A DNA stretch of 60,471 bases, filler included, from Sluysia triapertura (GCA_046118255.1; 4 parts of 4 records of this genome joined end to end with filler, not necessarily neighbours in it), one strand, 5' to 3'; counted from the whole stretch's first letter, positions 1-13,361 are shown. The notes: generated from the sequence alone by a model not told the origin. Translations and numbers: made by a program.

Positions 1-10
1 AGATCCAGAT

Positions 11-949
11 ATGGCTAGGAAATGGGATGAAACTGAAAAACACTATCCAGGTTTGTGGGCACAAATTCATGGTGATAATATAGGATTTTGTGAATCTACT
101 GAACTAATGAAAGAATATAGCGGCAGTTATTTGACAAATTTACTTACAAATATATGGGACAAAGTTGTTAAATCAGTTTATTTAATAAAAGATTTGAAAT
201 GGCAAGAAAGACGCGGTGATCTTGTTGTATTAGATTCCCAAATTTCAGTTGGATATGGTCATAGCGGTTATCCAATTGAAGTATATCCAGCTTGGCATTT
301 AAATATATTCAATTTAACTCAAATTAAAACTCATGGAAGTTGGGGTATGTGTCATGAAATTGGTCATAATAATCAAGAAAGTCGGTGGACATTTGAAGGT
401 ACAATTGAAGTGACAAATAATTTACTTTGTCTTTATAATTATGATAAAATATTTAAATTACCTTATCCAGGTTCCAAATCCTCTAATTTGATAATAAATC
501 CGAAAAGGTATCTTGAAAATCCAGATTTTGAAAAATGGAAAAGTGACTCATCCATAGCACTTTGTATTTATGCCCAATTAGCAAATCACATGGGTTGGGG
601 ATTTTATCATAAAGTGTTTAAATATTACAAAGATAACAAAATCAATCCTAATGATAATAACTCTAAAATAGCACAATGGATTAATATTACATCGATTATA
701 TCTAAACAAAATCTGGTACCAATTTTTGAATATTGGGGTTTTCCTATTGATTCAACAGTATCAGCTGCACTTCGTAATGATTATACATGTTTTCTCCCAG
801 ATGATTTCTACACAAAGTTGGCTGAAAAACGAGCCAATGACATTCGACAAAAGTATGGCAATTGTCATTCTGAAAGCAGTTTTAATGAAGATTTTAATGT
901 CGAGTCGAAATTTGGTAAAAGAAGAACAAATAATTTTGTGATTCACTGA
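11..949 (+). CDS. Peptidase M60 domain metalloprotease (TCAF/FAM115-like), C-terminal catalytic part; 5' partial
   Basis: ORF contains DSQISVGYGHSGYPI, the zincin motif WGMCHEIGHNNQ, and downstream WTFEGTIEVTNNL, matching the M60/TCAF pattern (HExxH plus a downstream E). The frame is open back to the window start, so the true start lies upstream. Confidence 0.88.
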   Translation: MARKWDETEKHYPGLWAQIHGDNIGFCESTELMKEYSGSYLTNLLTNIWDKVVKSVYLIKDLKWQERRGDLVVLDSQISVGYGHSGYPIEVYPAWHLNIFNLTQIKTHGSWGMCHEIGHNNQESRWTFEGTIEVTNNLLCLYNYDKIFKLPYPGSKSSNLIINPKRYLENPDFEKWKSDSSIALCIYAQLANHMGWGFYHKVFKYYKDNKINPNDNNSKIAQWINITSIISKQNLVPIFEYWGFPIDSTVSAALRNDYTCFLPDDFYTKLAEKRANDIRQKYGNCHSESSFNEDFNVESKFGKRRTNNFVIH

Positions 950-1819
950 TTAATAAACTTATTTGCATTCTGATTTTCTTTGGATAAAATGTAAGAACGT
1001 TAAACCATTTGTATAAAAACATGGACATTCGTTTTAATACATAAATCTGGAGATTAAAATAAATTTGACTTGTTTTAAAAATATTGACGGACACTGAAAT
1101 TTGTCGAATTCATATATTATTATCGATTCTCCTGTGTCACAATTTGTTTGATCACTCCTAAATCATAACATTCATTGAAAGACCATAAACATACTGTGTG
1201 CTAAACTAGTCATTTATACTCTATTAAACATCTTTCATATCTTTCATCCAGTAATAAATTTCTCATTGTCCGTATATTATAAATTCTTTTCGTTATTTTT
1301 AATTCTTAATTTCTCTCTCCTTCAATAATCTAAATATTGAGTTTCGAATATATTACGACAATTATTTGGTAGTATTATAAAATGTAAATTATTGATGAAT
1401 AGCAATTATGTCCACTATACCATATTGTGGATTTAACAATAACATATGACAAATCAAAAACATATGACACTATCGCATATTAAAACATGTCACGAGCATA
1501 TATCAGAAGACATTTGTTACTGACCATTGCTAAAAATAATTATTAATGGGTCCGACCATAGAAGACAGTTTATGAGAAAGAACTCGTCGTATCAACAGGA
1601 AAGCGAAAACTTATACCTTATGGGTCTTTTTAATTAAACAGTAAAGAAAACAGTAATGTTTATTGACAGTTTCTGCATTTGTTTCTATAATGGAAAATAA
1701 ACTATAAGGATAATGTACAAATAGTTAAAGCTGACAAACTTAGCTACCAAATACAGAAATATTGTGGAAGGGTTACTCGATAAAATTATATATATGTATA
1801 TAAAATGTATATAATTATT

Positions 1820-2539
1820 TTGAAACCGAAGAATACCTTGGCGTTCAAAAAGCCTCTGTATTGAGATCCTTGTGAAGACTTAAGTAAGGTATGGAAGATG
1901 TCTTAATGTATGAAGATGCCTTTGAACTTCTGAACATTGAGACCATTTAAGATCATGTTGATATTTTGGAATCTTTGAAAACGTTTGAGATCTTAATAAA
2001 CTTTTGAGAACTTTGAGTAATCTTTGAGTAAAATGTTTGGAGCCTTTGAAATGTTCAAGAATTAAAATCACGGTTAATAATATTAAAGATAAATTTAATA
2101 CCTAAATAATTGAAATAAAAAAGTGGAAAAAGGAATCAGAGTGGTGAAGATGAAAGCATCTAGAGCCTTCTGAATACCTTATAAAGTATTTAATAAATTT
2201 ATAACCATAATAAAACCTTTAAATTTAGAATAAAATAAGTTAAAATAAATAAATAATTAATTAAAATCTTAATTAATTGAATTAAGAAAATTAAGAATAA
2301 CTTGTGAATGAGGAATGCTCTGTTAAAACTGTAATTGTGTATGTATGTGTTTTAAAGAGACCTTCCGATAATTTTCGATGTTGATTAGGATTTTAATGTT
2401 ATGAAATTGTGAATTTAAAATGTTTTAAAGTATCGAAAATTTTAAAGAATCTGAAGAAGTGAAATATGAAATATTATGAAATGTGATTTTTATGTGTAGT
2501 GTTGAATTGAAATTTTGAGTGAAAAAGTTGGCCACCACA
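1820..2539 (+). repeat. Dispersed repeat family A (probable LTR), ending GTTGGCCACCACA
   Basis: Shares GTGAAGATGAAAGCATCTAGA and TGAATGAGG.ATGCT with 47919-48062, GAAGAATACCTT and CTTTGAGTAA with the reverse complement of 54890-55050, and the terminus GTTGGCCACCACA with the reverse complement at 58176. Confidence 0.6.
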
Positions 2540-5500
2540 GTCCTACCGAACTGTTGTTATAACTACCTAAGCTTTAAAATGATATTAAATAATTCCCTTT
2601 TTTAAAATTCTTTTTATTAATAATTTTTTAACTTTCAGGAACATTCCAAGGGTCTTTATTTATTATATCAAGTAACTCAAATTTAATTGCCTTATTAAAT
2701 GTAACGCTCGTATCCTAACTTGTATTATACTACTATAGTTCTTATAATAATGTTTCTTTTGAAATTATAACTTCAATAAACTCTTAAATTTTCTAAGTTC
2801 TCTAAGGGTTTCTTCGATATTTAGTCTATTTCAGATAGTTTATACTTAAATTATCTTATTTGATACCAAAAAACAATTGTATTTGTTTAGTAATTACCCA
2901 AATTCCTTTGTTCCTTAATTTATGTGAATTTTAATTAACTGGTTTTCAAAGAATCGAAACTTCAGTTATTTATTTCTAGATAAACAAATAATCAAAACAG
3001 AATTATATTTTTAAATACTTAGTTAATTATTACTAATTCTTTTCAATCTAAAAATTATTTCAATGTGTGATTAAAATTATTAAAACCTTGATCAATTTAG
3101 TAATATCATACTTAAGGTTTTCGATGCACTCTGTTAGTACTTATCTAATCAAACTCTATCCTAGAGTATTTTGGCACTCTTCGCACTAATCTTACTTATA
3201 ACTCTTAAACTCAAAAAATAAATGGAAATAGACACTAATGTTTATTAAAAATAATTAATTTAAAATTACTTTTATTATTAGTGATATTAATGTTTAAACA
3301 ATAAGAAACAAACTAAGTCAATTAACAATATTAATACGAAAATGCACAGAATCGAAATTACAATAAAAGGTAATATAATAATAAAATATCTCTAGTAACA
3401 TTGTACAAGATACTTTAAAAATTAATTGTGTCTAGCGAAAACTAGACGTAATGTAAATGAATTTAAGTTGAAATTATAATTCCTAACTAAATCTTATCAA
3501 TATGAACTTACTGATAACTTAATTTAATTAAACAAAATGGAATTAGTGTTGAAAATGGTCACTGCTGGAGACTTATTGCTGAATTACAAATTGGTAGGAT
3601 CACTCAATTAATGGTAGTTACTGGAACCTTTCTTGATTACCAAATCAATAGAAGCAATAAAACTGATAATAATTATTATTAACACGTATTGTAGCGAATG
3701 AGTTTGATGATCACACTTGAACTGAGGACCATGTAACAAATAACCAAATTTTATGATAGTAAAAAACAATGAATTTTCTCAATGAAATGTAGCTTGTGTC
3801 TGACTAATTTTAAGGAGTTCACTTACATACAAAATCAAGTTATTTATTTTTAGATAAAGAAAATCACTGAAAATCACCCGCATGTTTATTTCATTTATTT
3901 ATTTATTTATTTTAGGTAACGTCAATCAAATGAGTTACTAATTATTTAAATCATTATTTCAGGTATCAGTTAATATGAGGTTATTTAATTTGTTATTATT
4001 ATTTATTATTATCATCATTAACTTTTTCGATATCAGTTCTGACAATAGTATTAAAATTGTTATTTTAAATCCTGTGAAATCTTAAAATCTTTGAATTAAT
4101 ATTTCACTTTTTCATCTAAATAATATTCATAATTTATAAATGGCATAATAATTAATAGTTATAAATCCTAAACTATTACAAATAAAATACTAATTAATGT
4201 TCATAAAAATAAAACTAATTATTATTAATATTTACAATAATACATTATCCCAATTACAACATATTACAACCAAAACAATGTCATCATTACATTTATGTAT
4301 TCCATTTTGAACATAAAGTCGTGAGTTGAATTCCAAATGAAAATATTACTTTGTTTTTAATGTATTGTTACATAAAATTAAATTGTTTATCATTACAAAA
4401 TAAAAATTATTTATTTGCTTTTTAACATTTTTAGCTAATAAAATTAAAAATAGAATAAAGCTATAAAATTTTCTTACTATTATTTTCATTGTCATCGCAA
4501 TAACACCATTTCACCTTCCCAAGTCTTTCCTCACCTGCAAACATTTATGGATCCCTAAAAAACTGTATAAATCTAAAAATATCATCATTACTATTGTCAT
4601 TTTATTATCATTTTATTGTCAAGTTTTCAAAATGTAAAAGAACGTAATTGCACACATTTTGTGAATTTTAGTATTTTAAAAGATTTTCGTTTTTAAAAGA
4701 AAGATATTTAAGAAAGTATGTACATAAAATATTTAATACGTGAAATATTGTAATTAAAATAATTTATAAAACAATTTGCGAAATTTTTTAGTAGAAAATA
4801 TTACAAATATTAAAAGTTAAAATTATTTGTTTAAATTAGTAAATATTTCAAGTTATTTGTTTAAATTATCCTTCACTTTAAACTTCAAGGTCGAAATAAT
4901 CACAACTATAAATAGGTGAATTAAATTGAATTAAACTCTGAACGCATAACAATTTTAAAAATTTTGGGTCTAATAAAGACTTTGGTATCTACGAATTATA
5001 TATTGAAATTCTGACATTTTGCGACTGGTGAAAAATCGTTAGTTCTCTTATATGTTTTTTGGCTATTGTTTAAATAAATTGCGATGTGTAAATTTTAATT
5101 CTTTAATTTATCAGCTAATGCTTAGTAAAATATTTATTAAATTACTAACAAAAAAGATTATTCTTATAAAAAAGTAATAATCTTCACAAAATATATTTTA
5201 TTATACATTAGTTTAATCGCCATTTGTAATAATCATGTTTATCGCCATTTGTAAAATTTTATTTATTATTAATAAATTCTTCCAACTTTGTGACTTTGAT
5301 TAAAGTTTTTTGAATTTCATTTGAGAGTAAATCAAATTCGCCTAATAATCATTTAGGATAAATAAAACAATTACATAAAATACTTTTAAAATATCGCAAA
5401 AAGAAAAAAAATCTGCAAAACAACCTTTTAAACGGTTTTGTTTAATAAAAGAACTGGAGTAATCTATTTTTGAACGATTTCATTTGATAAGCAATCGAAG

Positions 5501-7959
5501 TAAAATATTTGATTTGATAAATTTTTCATTTAGTTTTTTTAACGGTTCTATTTAAGAAAGAATCAGAATAAACTATTAAATTGACAAATTTGCTAACAGG
5601 TTCTCTTTAAAGAATCTTATTAAAGTTTTAGATAAATTTTAAGAAATTAACAATTAACTTTAGTAAAATCTGATTAAGAGAGTGACTGTAATTTTGTAAA
5701 GATATTCATTTTTCAGATTTTAAAGTTAATTCTTTTTGAGGTTTCATTTAATACCTGAATAAAATACCTTTCAATTCATTGTTAAGAAAATAAATAGGTT
5801 TAAGAAGATATATAGTTTAAACCTAAGGTGACGCATTGGCAAGTGACATTAGTTATGAATTCGACATTTTCCTCTTTTACCTAAAATTTTATTTAAAATA
5901 TTATTGCTAAACTTTTCTAATTATAAGTATCCGTACCTTAACTTTATATTACACAACTATTTTTCTTACGGTACTCTTTCTTTTTATATTTTTTTTCTAT
6001 GAATTGTAACTTCCGTGACTTCTTAACTTTTACGAATTTTCTGAGGGTCTACTCTTTACTTAATCTATCGAGTTATTTTAAATTTTTAATTACCTTATTA
6101 AATGCAAATATCAACAATGTTAACGTTTAAAAACTATACAAAATTTTAAAAATCATTTAGAATTTTGAAGATAATTTTTAGAAAATTGTTGAAATTAAAC
6201 AAAGATATTTTTGAGAGAAGATAAATTCAATAGCGGAAGAATTCATTATCCAAGGATCGGAACGAAGATTATAACCGGAACTGAAATAACCGGTATAAAT
6301 TTAAATATTTAAATAATGAAATAACTTCACTGTTAAAAATTACGTGATCAAAAATAGCATTATGAATATATGGGCTTAAGGTCTGTTCTATTTTTTAGTA
6401 ATTACTTCAGGTAAAAATATCGATTATTATTAACTAAATCTCGAAAATTTAAAGCATTAAGGGTATGCTTAAAGCCTTTTATTAAAAGATAATCCAAATA
6501 AAACAAAGCCTCATTACATATTTGAAATACAGTTACAATTCCATCAGCAAATAATTCATTTATACTGAATTTCTTAAAACCTCATTTCTTTCATCGGACT
6601 CAAAGTTTAATAGCAGCTTAAGTAACTTTCCTCTAAAAAACAAAAAAATCATCCATTTTCCTCTTTTGAATTCCGCAATAATTCAAAACCGGACGACCGG
6701 ACACTTTTATTTTAACTAATTTCAAATTATTTATTCACTCGTGATTCTGAATCTTGTTCTATCTTTATAGCGAAAATTTGCAAGTTAGAATCAAGTCGAA
6801 TTTGCCCAAATGATCCTAAAACTTGAATTTTAGAATGATATCTGGTATCTCGGTTAATTTTAAACGATGTCGATACAACGCATTCAGCACTTGATTTAAA
6901 ATTGAGATAATGCCTTATTTTTATTAAGAAAAACTTGGAACTGAATTTCAAAACGTTTAATTTTTAAACTAACTCTGCCAAATGTAGCAATATTTAAACA
7001 AATTGGACTAAATTTATTTAAATATTTGACGAGTTTAATAATAATAATTCGTAAAAATATTATTCAATATAAGTCTGATTTTTCTAAAATATCCAAGGCA
7101 ACAAAATCATTTCATTTATTAAACAGCAAAATCGTCCTTATAAAAAGGAATTAGAATTGTTGCGTTTTTAAATTTTATTAGTTTTTATAACTCAGTATTA
7201 ACTTGATTAGCTTAAAAGAATCTTAATAGTTTATGTAGTCGGTTTATCAAGTATAATTTTGTAGTAATCTTACTTAATATTAATAACTATTATCCCAAAA
7301 TTAAGTTATTAAAAATCAAATCAAAACTAAGACAATAAGTACTATTAAACAAAAATCAAAATAGAATTTATTATTATTAAAATGAATTTTCACTAAATAA
7401 TACTAAAACAACTAAAATGACAAAAATAACAATAGTTTTTATAGTAATATCAAAGACACTACAATCTAATTAAGGTAAAACAACCAGGAGTGACGCAACA
7501 GACACTAACAATATCAATATCTAGAAAATTAATAGTAATTATGTTACTATATTTGGTCAACGTAATCAAGAGTAATCACGATTACAATAAAATTCTTTGG
7601 TAAATATATCTAAAGAAGAAATATTTAATATTTTGATAGAATAAATTACGTATGGTTTTTCTCAAAAAACTACTTTAAGAAAGGCTGAAAATCAAATATA
7701 ATCATTTACAAAAATTATGCAGTGTTTCTTACAAAATTACCTTTAAAATGTCTGAAATCAAATCTAATCTTTAACATAAATTGCGTAGAGAGTTTCTTAC
7801 AAAATTAGAATAACTTACAAAACTTAGAATAACACAAGAATATGTATAAATATTTTATAACAAAAAAGAAAAAATAGAGCTTAGAGTTTGAAAGTATTGT
7901 TCAGAGCGATGCCAATGTGAATGAGAGAGGCAATTTCGGCGAACTAATGGTGATATTAG

Positions 7960-8115
7960 TGTTAGACTTCATAAAATGGACTGACCGGAGATCGAACCCG
8001 AGACTTCTCTCTGCACAGTTAGATGCTCTACCGCTGAGCTATCAGCCCCGTCTAACAAATTTTAGATTACTATAGTTCATTATCCTAAATGGCACTTTAG
8101 GCCTGCATCCCAACA
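7960..8115 (-). mobile_element. Solo mini-LTR containing a tRNA-like Pol III unit (Helenus-like TRIM LTR)
   Basis: Minus strand starts TGTTGGG and ends GTCTAACA. Flanks are TTAG/CTAG (4-bp TSD with one mismatch). Homologous end to end with 54211-54353. Confidence 0.75.
7977..8048 (-). ncRNA. tRNA-like sequence (pseudo-tRNA) embedded in the LTR
   Basis: GGGCTGA TAGCTCAGCGGTAGAGC ATCTAACTGTGCAGAGAGAAGTC TCGGGTTCGATCTCCGG TCAGTCC A, then TTTT. It has a 7-bp acceptor stem, D arm/A box and T arm/B box. The anticodon stem pairs poorly, so it is probably not a functional tRNA. Confidence 0.7.
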
Positions 8116-9489
8116 CTAGTACTATCAATGGCCACAGTTAATTTTTAGTTTGGGTCTTAAAAATTTAATGAGGTTATGATATTTATGGAATATTTGTAGG
8201 TGAATTTGATGTGAATTTATGAATGACTGAAGACCACAAGAATCACATTTTTATAGCTCTAGGTGATATATAAATTATACTTTAAACTTTGTAATATTTT
8301 TGAAAGACCATATTAAACTAAATTTTTTTAAAATATCAAAAATGCAATTAAGGTTTAGTAAGCTTTAACATTTTAGCAAACGATGATAATTACTATAAAA
8401 AACAGTCTTATCCTACTCAAGAAAATGAATTGCGAGAAAAAGAAACACCTATTGCATTATCTAATAAAACAACAGATGCAATAAGATTAGTGAAACGAGA
8501 TAGAGTTATTCGATGTGGACAGCGCGTATATGGAACAAGCTACGATAAAACTTATATAACAAAACAAAAAATAAAACAAACTTATTCCATTTTACATAAA
8601 TCTGACGTAAATTTTACTACTTATTTTAATAATAAGGCTGATGTTTTGTATAATCACCAACTTAATTATAAATAAGATATAATGATGAAAAAAATAACAC
8701 ACATTTCCAAAATTATTTCTGCAATTGTGAAATTAAAATACTGCATTTGGATGTGTTAATATGTAATTATAAGACTAATAAATTTTATTCAATTAAAACA
8801 GTAAATAACAAAACAATTTTAAATAAAACTAAAAATTAAACAAAATATGCTGTATTTAATTAATCGAAAATAAATAAAATGAAGTTAAAAAATATGAACT
8901 ATACAATCATAAACGATACATCAACGATTCAATGTTCATAAAAGATTTGTATCACCTATTGACTCACGTTTGTTAAGTAAATTTTGTGATCATAGAACCA
9001 AATTCATAAAATTTTAAATTAATATTCTAACTTTATTAATATTAAACATAGAAAAATAAGTTACAAAATGTATTTATATTTAGTCATCAGTATGAAACAG
9101 TGATCTAATTAAAGAAAAGTGAGTCTATAATTTATTACTTATAAATTTTAATAAATTTTATAAAAGTTATAGAAATTTTAAATAAATATTTTATAAATTA
9201 ATCAATCATAAATTAAAAATTTTTTTAGCATTTTTAAACTTTCTAATATCAGATATCTAAATTGAAAAATTAAGTAAATTTACAAGGATGCTTGTGTCAT
9301 TTCCACTCTAAAAACATCTCACTGTTTCTAATGACATTCATAAATACTTTTCTTTCACGACAAATTGAAGAAAGAAGTTTCAAAAGATTAAAAATTTCAG
9401 GACAATGTCAGAAAATGGAAATAAAAAGTACTTTTAATTAACTTGGTTCATATAATATACATATACATGTACACATATACATACATATA

Positions 9490-10170
9490 CATCAATGATG
9501 TTTCAAGTGTAATCGAATCAATGATGTAATCGAAACATTTTCATCAATGATGTTTTAAATACCATATATATGTTGATGAGATGCAAATATATACAGAATT
9601 TGAAATGATCAACCCAAAAAATACCATTCAAAGAACAAAGGAACTCGTATCTAAATTTATAGAATGGTTTGGAAATAAATACTTGAAAAATAATGAAGAA
9701 AAATCAGAATTCGTAATTATAGCGACAATACCATAATAAATGAAACAAAGTTAGTGGTAAGACACACTAGATACGAAGCAAAAGTACGAATTATAGGCTG
9801 TTATATGGATTCATAAATGAACATAAAAAATTAATTGTATTATTAAAAAGTGTAAATATCAATTAAATAAAATATCGAATATTCGAAAATTTACTAATAA
9901 AAAACAACTAAACTTAGTGTTCATTCATTGATAACTAGCAACATAGATTCCACCAGTGGTTTGTTGAAAAAATTACAATTAATAATTAATCAAGTAGCAA
10001 GACTAATTCTCCAAGTGGGAAGATCTCATGTAACACCTTATCTTAATGAATTACATTGGTTGCCAATAAAATCAAAGATAGAATTCAAAATCATGACAAT
10101 AATTTATAAAAGCTTACATTACAGCAAACCTGAATATCTCTTGGAAATAATACAAAATTTTGGAAACCAA
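9490..10170 (+). mobile_element. Degenerate L2/CR1-clade LINE fragment (RT C-terminal half)
   Basis: YVDEMQIY (degenerate YADDxQIY) near 9569, LKNNEEKSEF, and LQLIINQVARLI...SHVTPYLNELHWLPIKSKIEFKI...PEYL typical of the L2-type ORF2 C-terminus. Contains stops and frameshifts. Confidence 0.8.
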
Positions 10171-10199
10171 GATGAATACGTTAAGATATAATATTTTAT

Positions 10200-10546
10200 A
10201 TGGAATTCAAAGTGATAGTACTAATAATAATAATGAAACAACATGTTTTGGTGTTTCATTCGGTGAAAACGACGATGTTCTTGAAATTGAAGAAAATGAA
10301 ATGAATGTAACGAGTCTGATCCAAGCATTGCAGTTTTTTAATACCTTGTAGAATTACTAGAAAATTTCACTTTTATTGACTATGAAAAGTGTGATGGTTT
10401 TGAGGAGTGTGATGTTGAAAATTGAAATAAATAAATAATCTTATCTTCAATTTGAATTGTTTTTTAGTTGTATAACCTGCACATCATACAAAAATGTTGC
10501 CTTTATGTAAGTATTAGCTGCAACTTAAGCTCGGGATTTTACAGTA
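10200..10546 (+). mobile_element. Possible 3' end of a pogo/Tc2-like DNA transposon
   Basis: Acidic coding-like tail (GFEECDVEN) followed by a terminus whose reverse complement TA-CTGTAAAATCCCGAGCTTAAGTTGCA resembles pogo-type TIRs. No partner TIR was found. Confidence 0.3.
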
Positions 10547-10559
10547 ATATTTTTTTGGT

Positions 10560-10830
10560 GATATAAAAGATTAAATGTTAAAGGATTGTGAACTAGAAAT
10601 GTTTTGGATTGATTTTAAGATGTAAATTGTGGATTAAAATGTTTTGAATGGAATTTAATGTACGTTATAAATCTGAATGAAAATGTAATTTTAATATTGT
10701 TAAGTTGTGAAATAAAAATGTTTTGAAAAGATTAAAATAAAACTTCAATGGATTTAAAAGGTAAAATGTAAGATATTGGAAAATGTTTTGACACATTTTG
10801 AAAAGGTAAATGTACAATGTAGTAATATGA
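10560..10830 (+). repeat. Repeat family A-related fragment
   Basis: G/T-skewed sequence with repeated AAAATGTTTTGA motifs; aligns by eye to the reverse complement of 58230-58520. Confidence 0.45.
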
Positions 10831-11466
10831 CTTGAGCAGTGTTAATAACATGTATAATAAAAGTTATATCTATTAACTTTTACATTGCAATTTGTAATTA
10901 TTGATCCTCATTATTTTACATATAGTGTATTAATAAAGTTCTACGGTTTTAAATAAATATGAAACGAAAAAGTGAAATGTGCTCATTTGTGTTTGTGCAC
11001 ATTTTACAGAATTGTCTAAAGTTCTCCTTTGGAGGGTTTTTTATTTTTGTTATTAAAAATGTCAAATTTTACAATTAATCGGTTAAGCAAATTTAAATTT
11101 ACAATTATTAAGCATCTTTTTTTACTAACAAATGAAATAGTTAACAAAGTAGGCTTAAGGCCATTAAACCATGAACATGATTTTAAAATCAAACCAACAA
11201 AATTTAAATAAAATATATTAAAGTGTAAATTTATAGAAACATAACTATTTCAAATTATAATGTAATGTCCAACAATATAACAAATATAGCTGCACATAAA
11301 TGACCCATTATTGTTAAAGTTGGTGAAAAATAATCATTTGGTATAAAAATAAATGATAGAATTGTTATAAAAATTAATATTTAAAACTTAATAAACCAAT
11401 AGCCACTATGAATGAAAATCGAACGAAATGAAATCGAATTATTTATTCGAAGTAATAATATTGACA

Positions 11467-11997
11467 CTATGATGAAAAACATAAACATTGAAAATGAATA
11501 CGATATATTGCAATGAAATAAGTGACGAAAATACAATTTGTCCTTAATAAATCGTATTCGAACTTTTTCTTTGGGTTACGTAATAAAGGTATTTTTCGTA
11601 ATATTACATTGTAAACTCCAAGCAAACATGAAATTGATAGTGAGCAAATTAGTAGGTAAATCATAAGATGAATGAGTCGAGTGACAATTGATGAAATACA
11701 ATTATTACCATCACACTTACAATGAATGCTTGAGATTGCACTAACACAACAAATAACTGTTGTTTCTATTGGTAATAGTCGTTTCTTTTGTTGATTAAAC
11801 TCAACAATACGTTTTCGTTGTTTACTCAAACTCAATTGTGAACTAATAAATGAACTATTTAAACTTGCACGTAATAGTTCATTAAAAGCATAATTATTAA
11901 CTAAATTGGATGTAGTTTTACAATAATTTAGACAAATTTCTTTATTATTGATATTATTTAATGACTTTTCGAGACCTGATTTTTTTAATAACATCAA
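11467..11997 (-). CDS. Hypothetical Cys-containing ORF with a hydrophobic (TM-like) segment; possibly a terminal exon or pseudogene
   Basis: A 176-codon ORF is long for this base composition. Exon-like sequence upstream (to an acceptor near 12388) has in-frame stops. No family recognised. Confidence 0.3.
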   Translation of the reverse strand: MMLLKKSGLEKSLNNINNKEICLNYCKTTSNLVNNYAFNELLRASLNSSFISSQLSLSKQRKRIVEFNQQKKRLLPIETTVICCVSAISSIHCKCDGNNCISSIVTRLIHLMIYLLICSLSISCLLGVYNVILRKIPLLRNPKKKFEYDLLRTNCIFVTYFIAIYRIHFQCLCFSS

Positions 11998-12419
11998 TAA
12001 TTTCCTATTAAGTTAAGTGTAATTTTGACTTAGTTATTGGTAATGTATAGCATGACGAAATATTTCTATTTACATTAGCCGGTAAATATAAATTATCAAA
12101 ATAACGATTGCAATTGTTTATTATTTCTTATTGTTTGTGAAGTTCTATACATAAATTATATGACTCAGTAACTGTAACAACTTTATTTGAATTTGGAAAC
12201 TAAAGCTCAGTTTTGCTGCAATTAATTATGCAATTACTAAACGTTGGTTTTATATTAATTGTAATACTGATTGTAAGTAGAAAAGCGAATCCCAATTAGT
12301 ATCGACACAACTTAAAGTAGGTACAGCATTATTATCATAAATACAATAAACAGGAGCGTCACTATGTGGTGGATAACTGTTATATCTCCTAAAACTTTAA
12401 AAGAAAAAATTAATCAAAC

Positions 12420-12900
12420 CTCATACACACTCATAAAACAGTTCATTTGTCTAAACTAAACCATACTCGCAATCTCATAATATACAGACCACAGTTACAT
12501 CCAATATCATCAACTTTCACCAACAAACTTACCAAAAACATGTAACTCAACATCCACTACAACCAAATAATTTCCACATTTAAAATTATTTACTTTATAC
12601 CTTCGAATCATTTACAACACCTTAAATTCAGTATTTGTCACTACATAATCACCAACAACACAAAATATAACATCACTTAAAAACAACGAATAAATAAATC
12701 ACATAAAACACTGCACATTAACCTTTCAAAAATAATAAGAATTGTATTACAACCTATCTTTTCACATTTACCAAACTACACTCTTCTTAATAGGTCTTTT
12801 ATTCACAATCTCCCAATATTCAAATATTACTCTCAACCAAAAACATAGATCAATATCTAAAAGTTCTTTCTAGTGTTCTGCATTTCACCGCATTGCATAA
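12420..12900 (-). repeat. Dispersed repeat family D fragment
   Basis: C/A-skewed; loosely similar to the reverse complement of 49050-49560. Confidence 0.35.
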
Positions 12901-13186
12901 GAAATACTATCATACCTAGAGACGTTAACTGCATATTATAAAATTCATTTAAACTAATCTTTACTCAAAGATTTTTAGTTCCAAAATATGTCAAGAATTA
13001 AAAAAAAGAGACAGAAAGATCGTGTATAGTTATTACAAGAAGTTTATGCCTTTATATTTATAATAATAACAATATTGCTGTTATTATTGTTATTACCAAT
13101 TTTATCATTATATTTGTACTTTTCATATCATCAGCATTATTATTTTGGCCTTTTCAAATTTTTAAATCACAAAGAACTTAGTAACT

Positions 13187-13361
13187 ACCACTATCAGTAA
13201 TTAATTCATTTCTGTACATTTCAATCAACGTCACTACTGATAGTGGTTAGTTTGATAGTTTATTAATTTACTAATTTATCAAATTTGCACTGATATTACT
13301 GGCCATACAACCAGAATCGTATTCATTTTTTGTCAGACAAACAATTCTGGTTGGATGACCA
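13187..13361. repeat. Two consecutive inverted repeats (hairpins)
   Basis: ACCACTATCAGTA (13187-13199) / TACTGATAGTGGT (13235-13247) is a perfect 13-bp pair. TGGCCATACAACCAGAATCGT (13300-13320) / ACAATTCTGGTTGGATGACCA (13341-13361) matches 18 of 21. Confidence 0.75.

Noticed and set aside
7977-8048. Functional tRNA gene (His GTG or Ala/Cys-like) or tRNA-derived SINE
   Set aside because: The anticodon stem does not pair, other copies lack the arm, and the sequence sits inside a TG...CA unit with a 4-bp TSD and no SINE tail.
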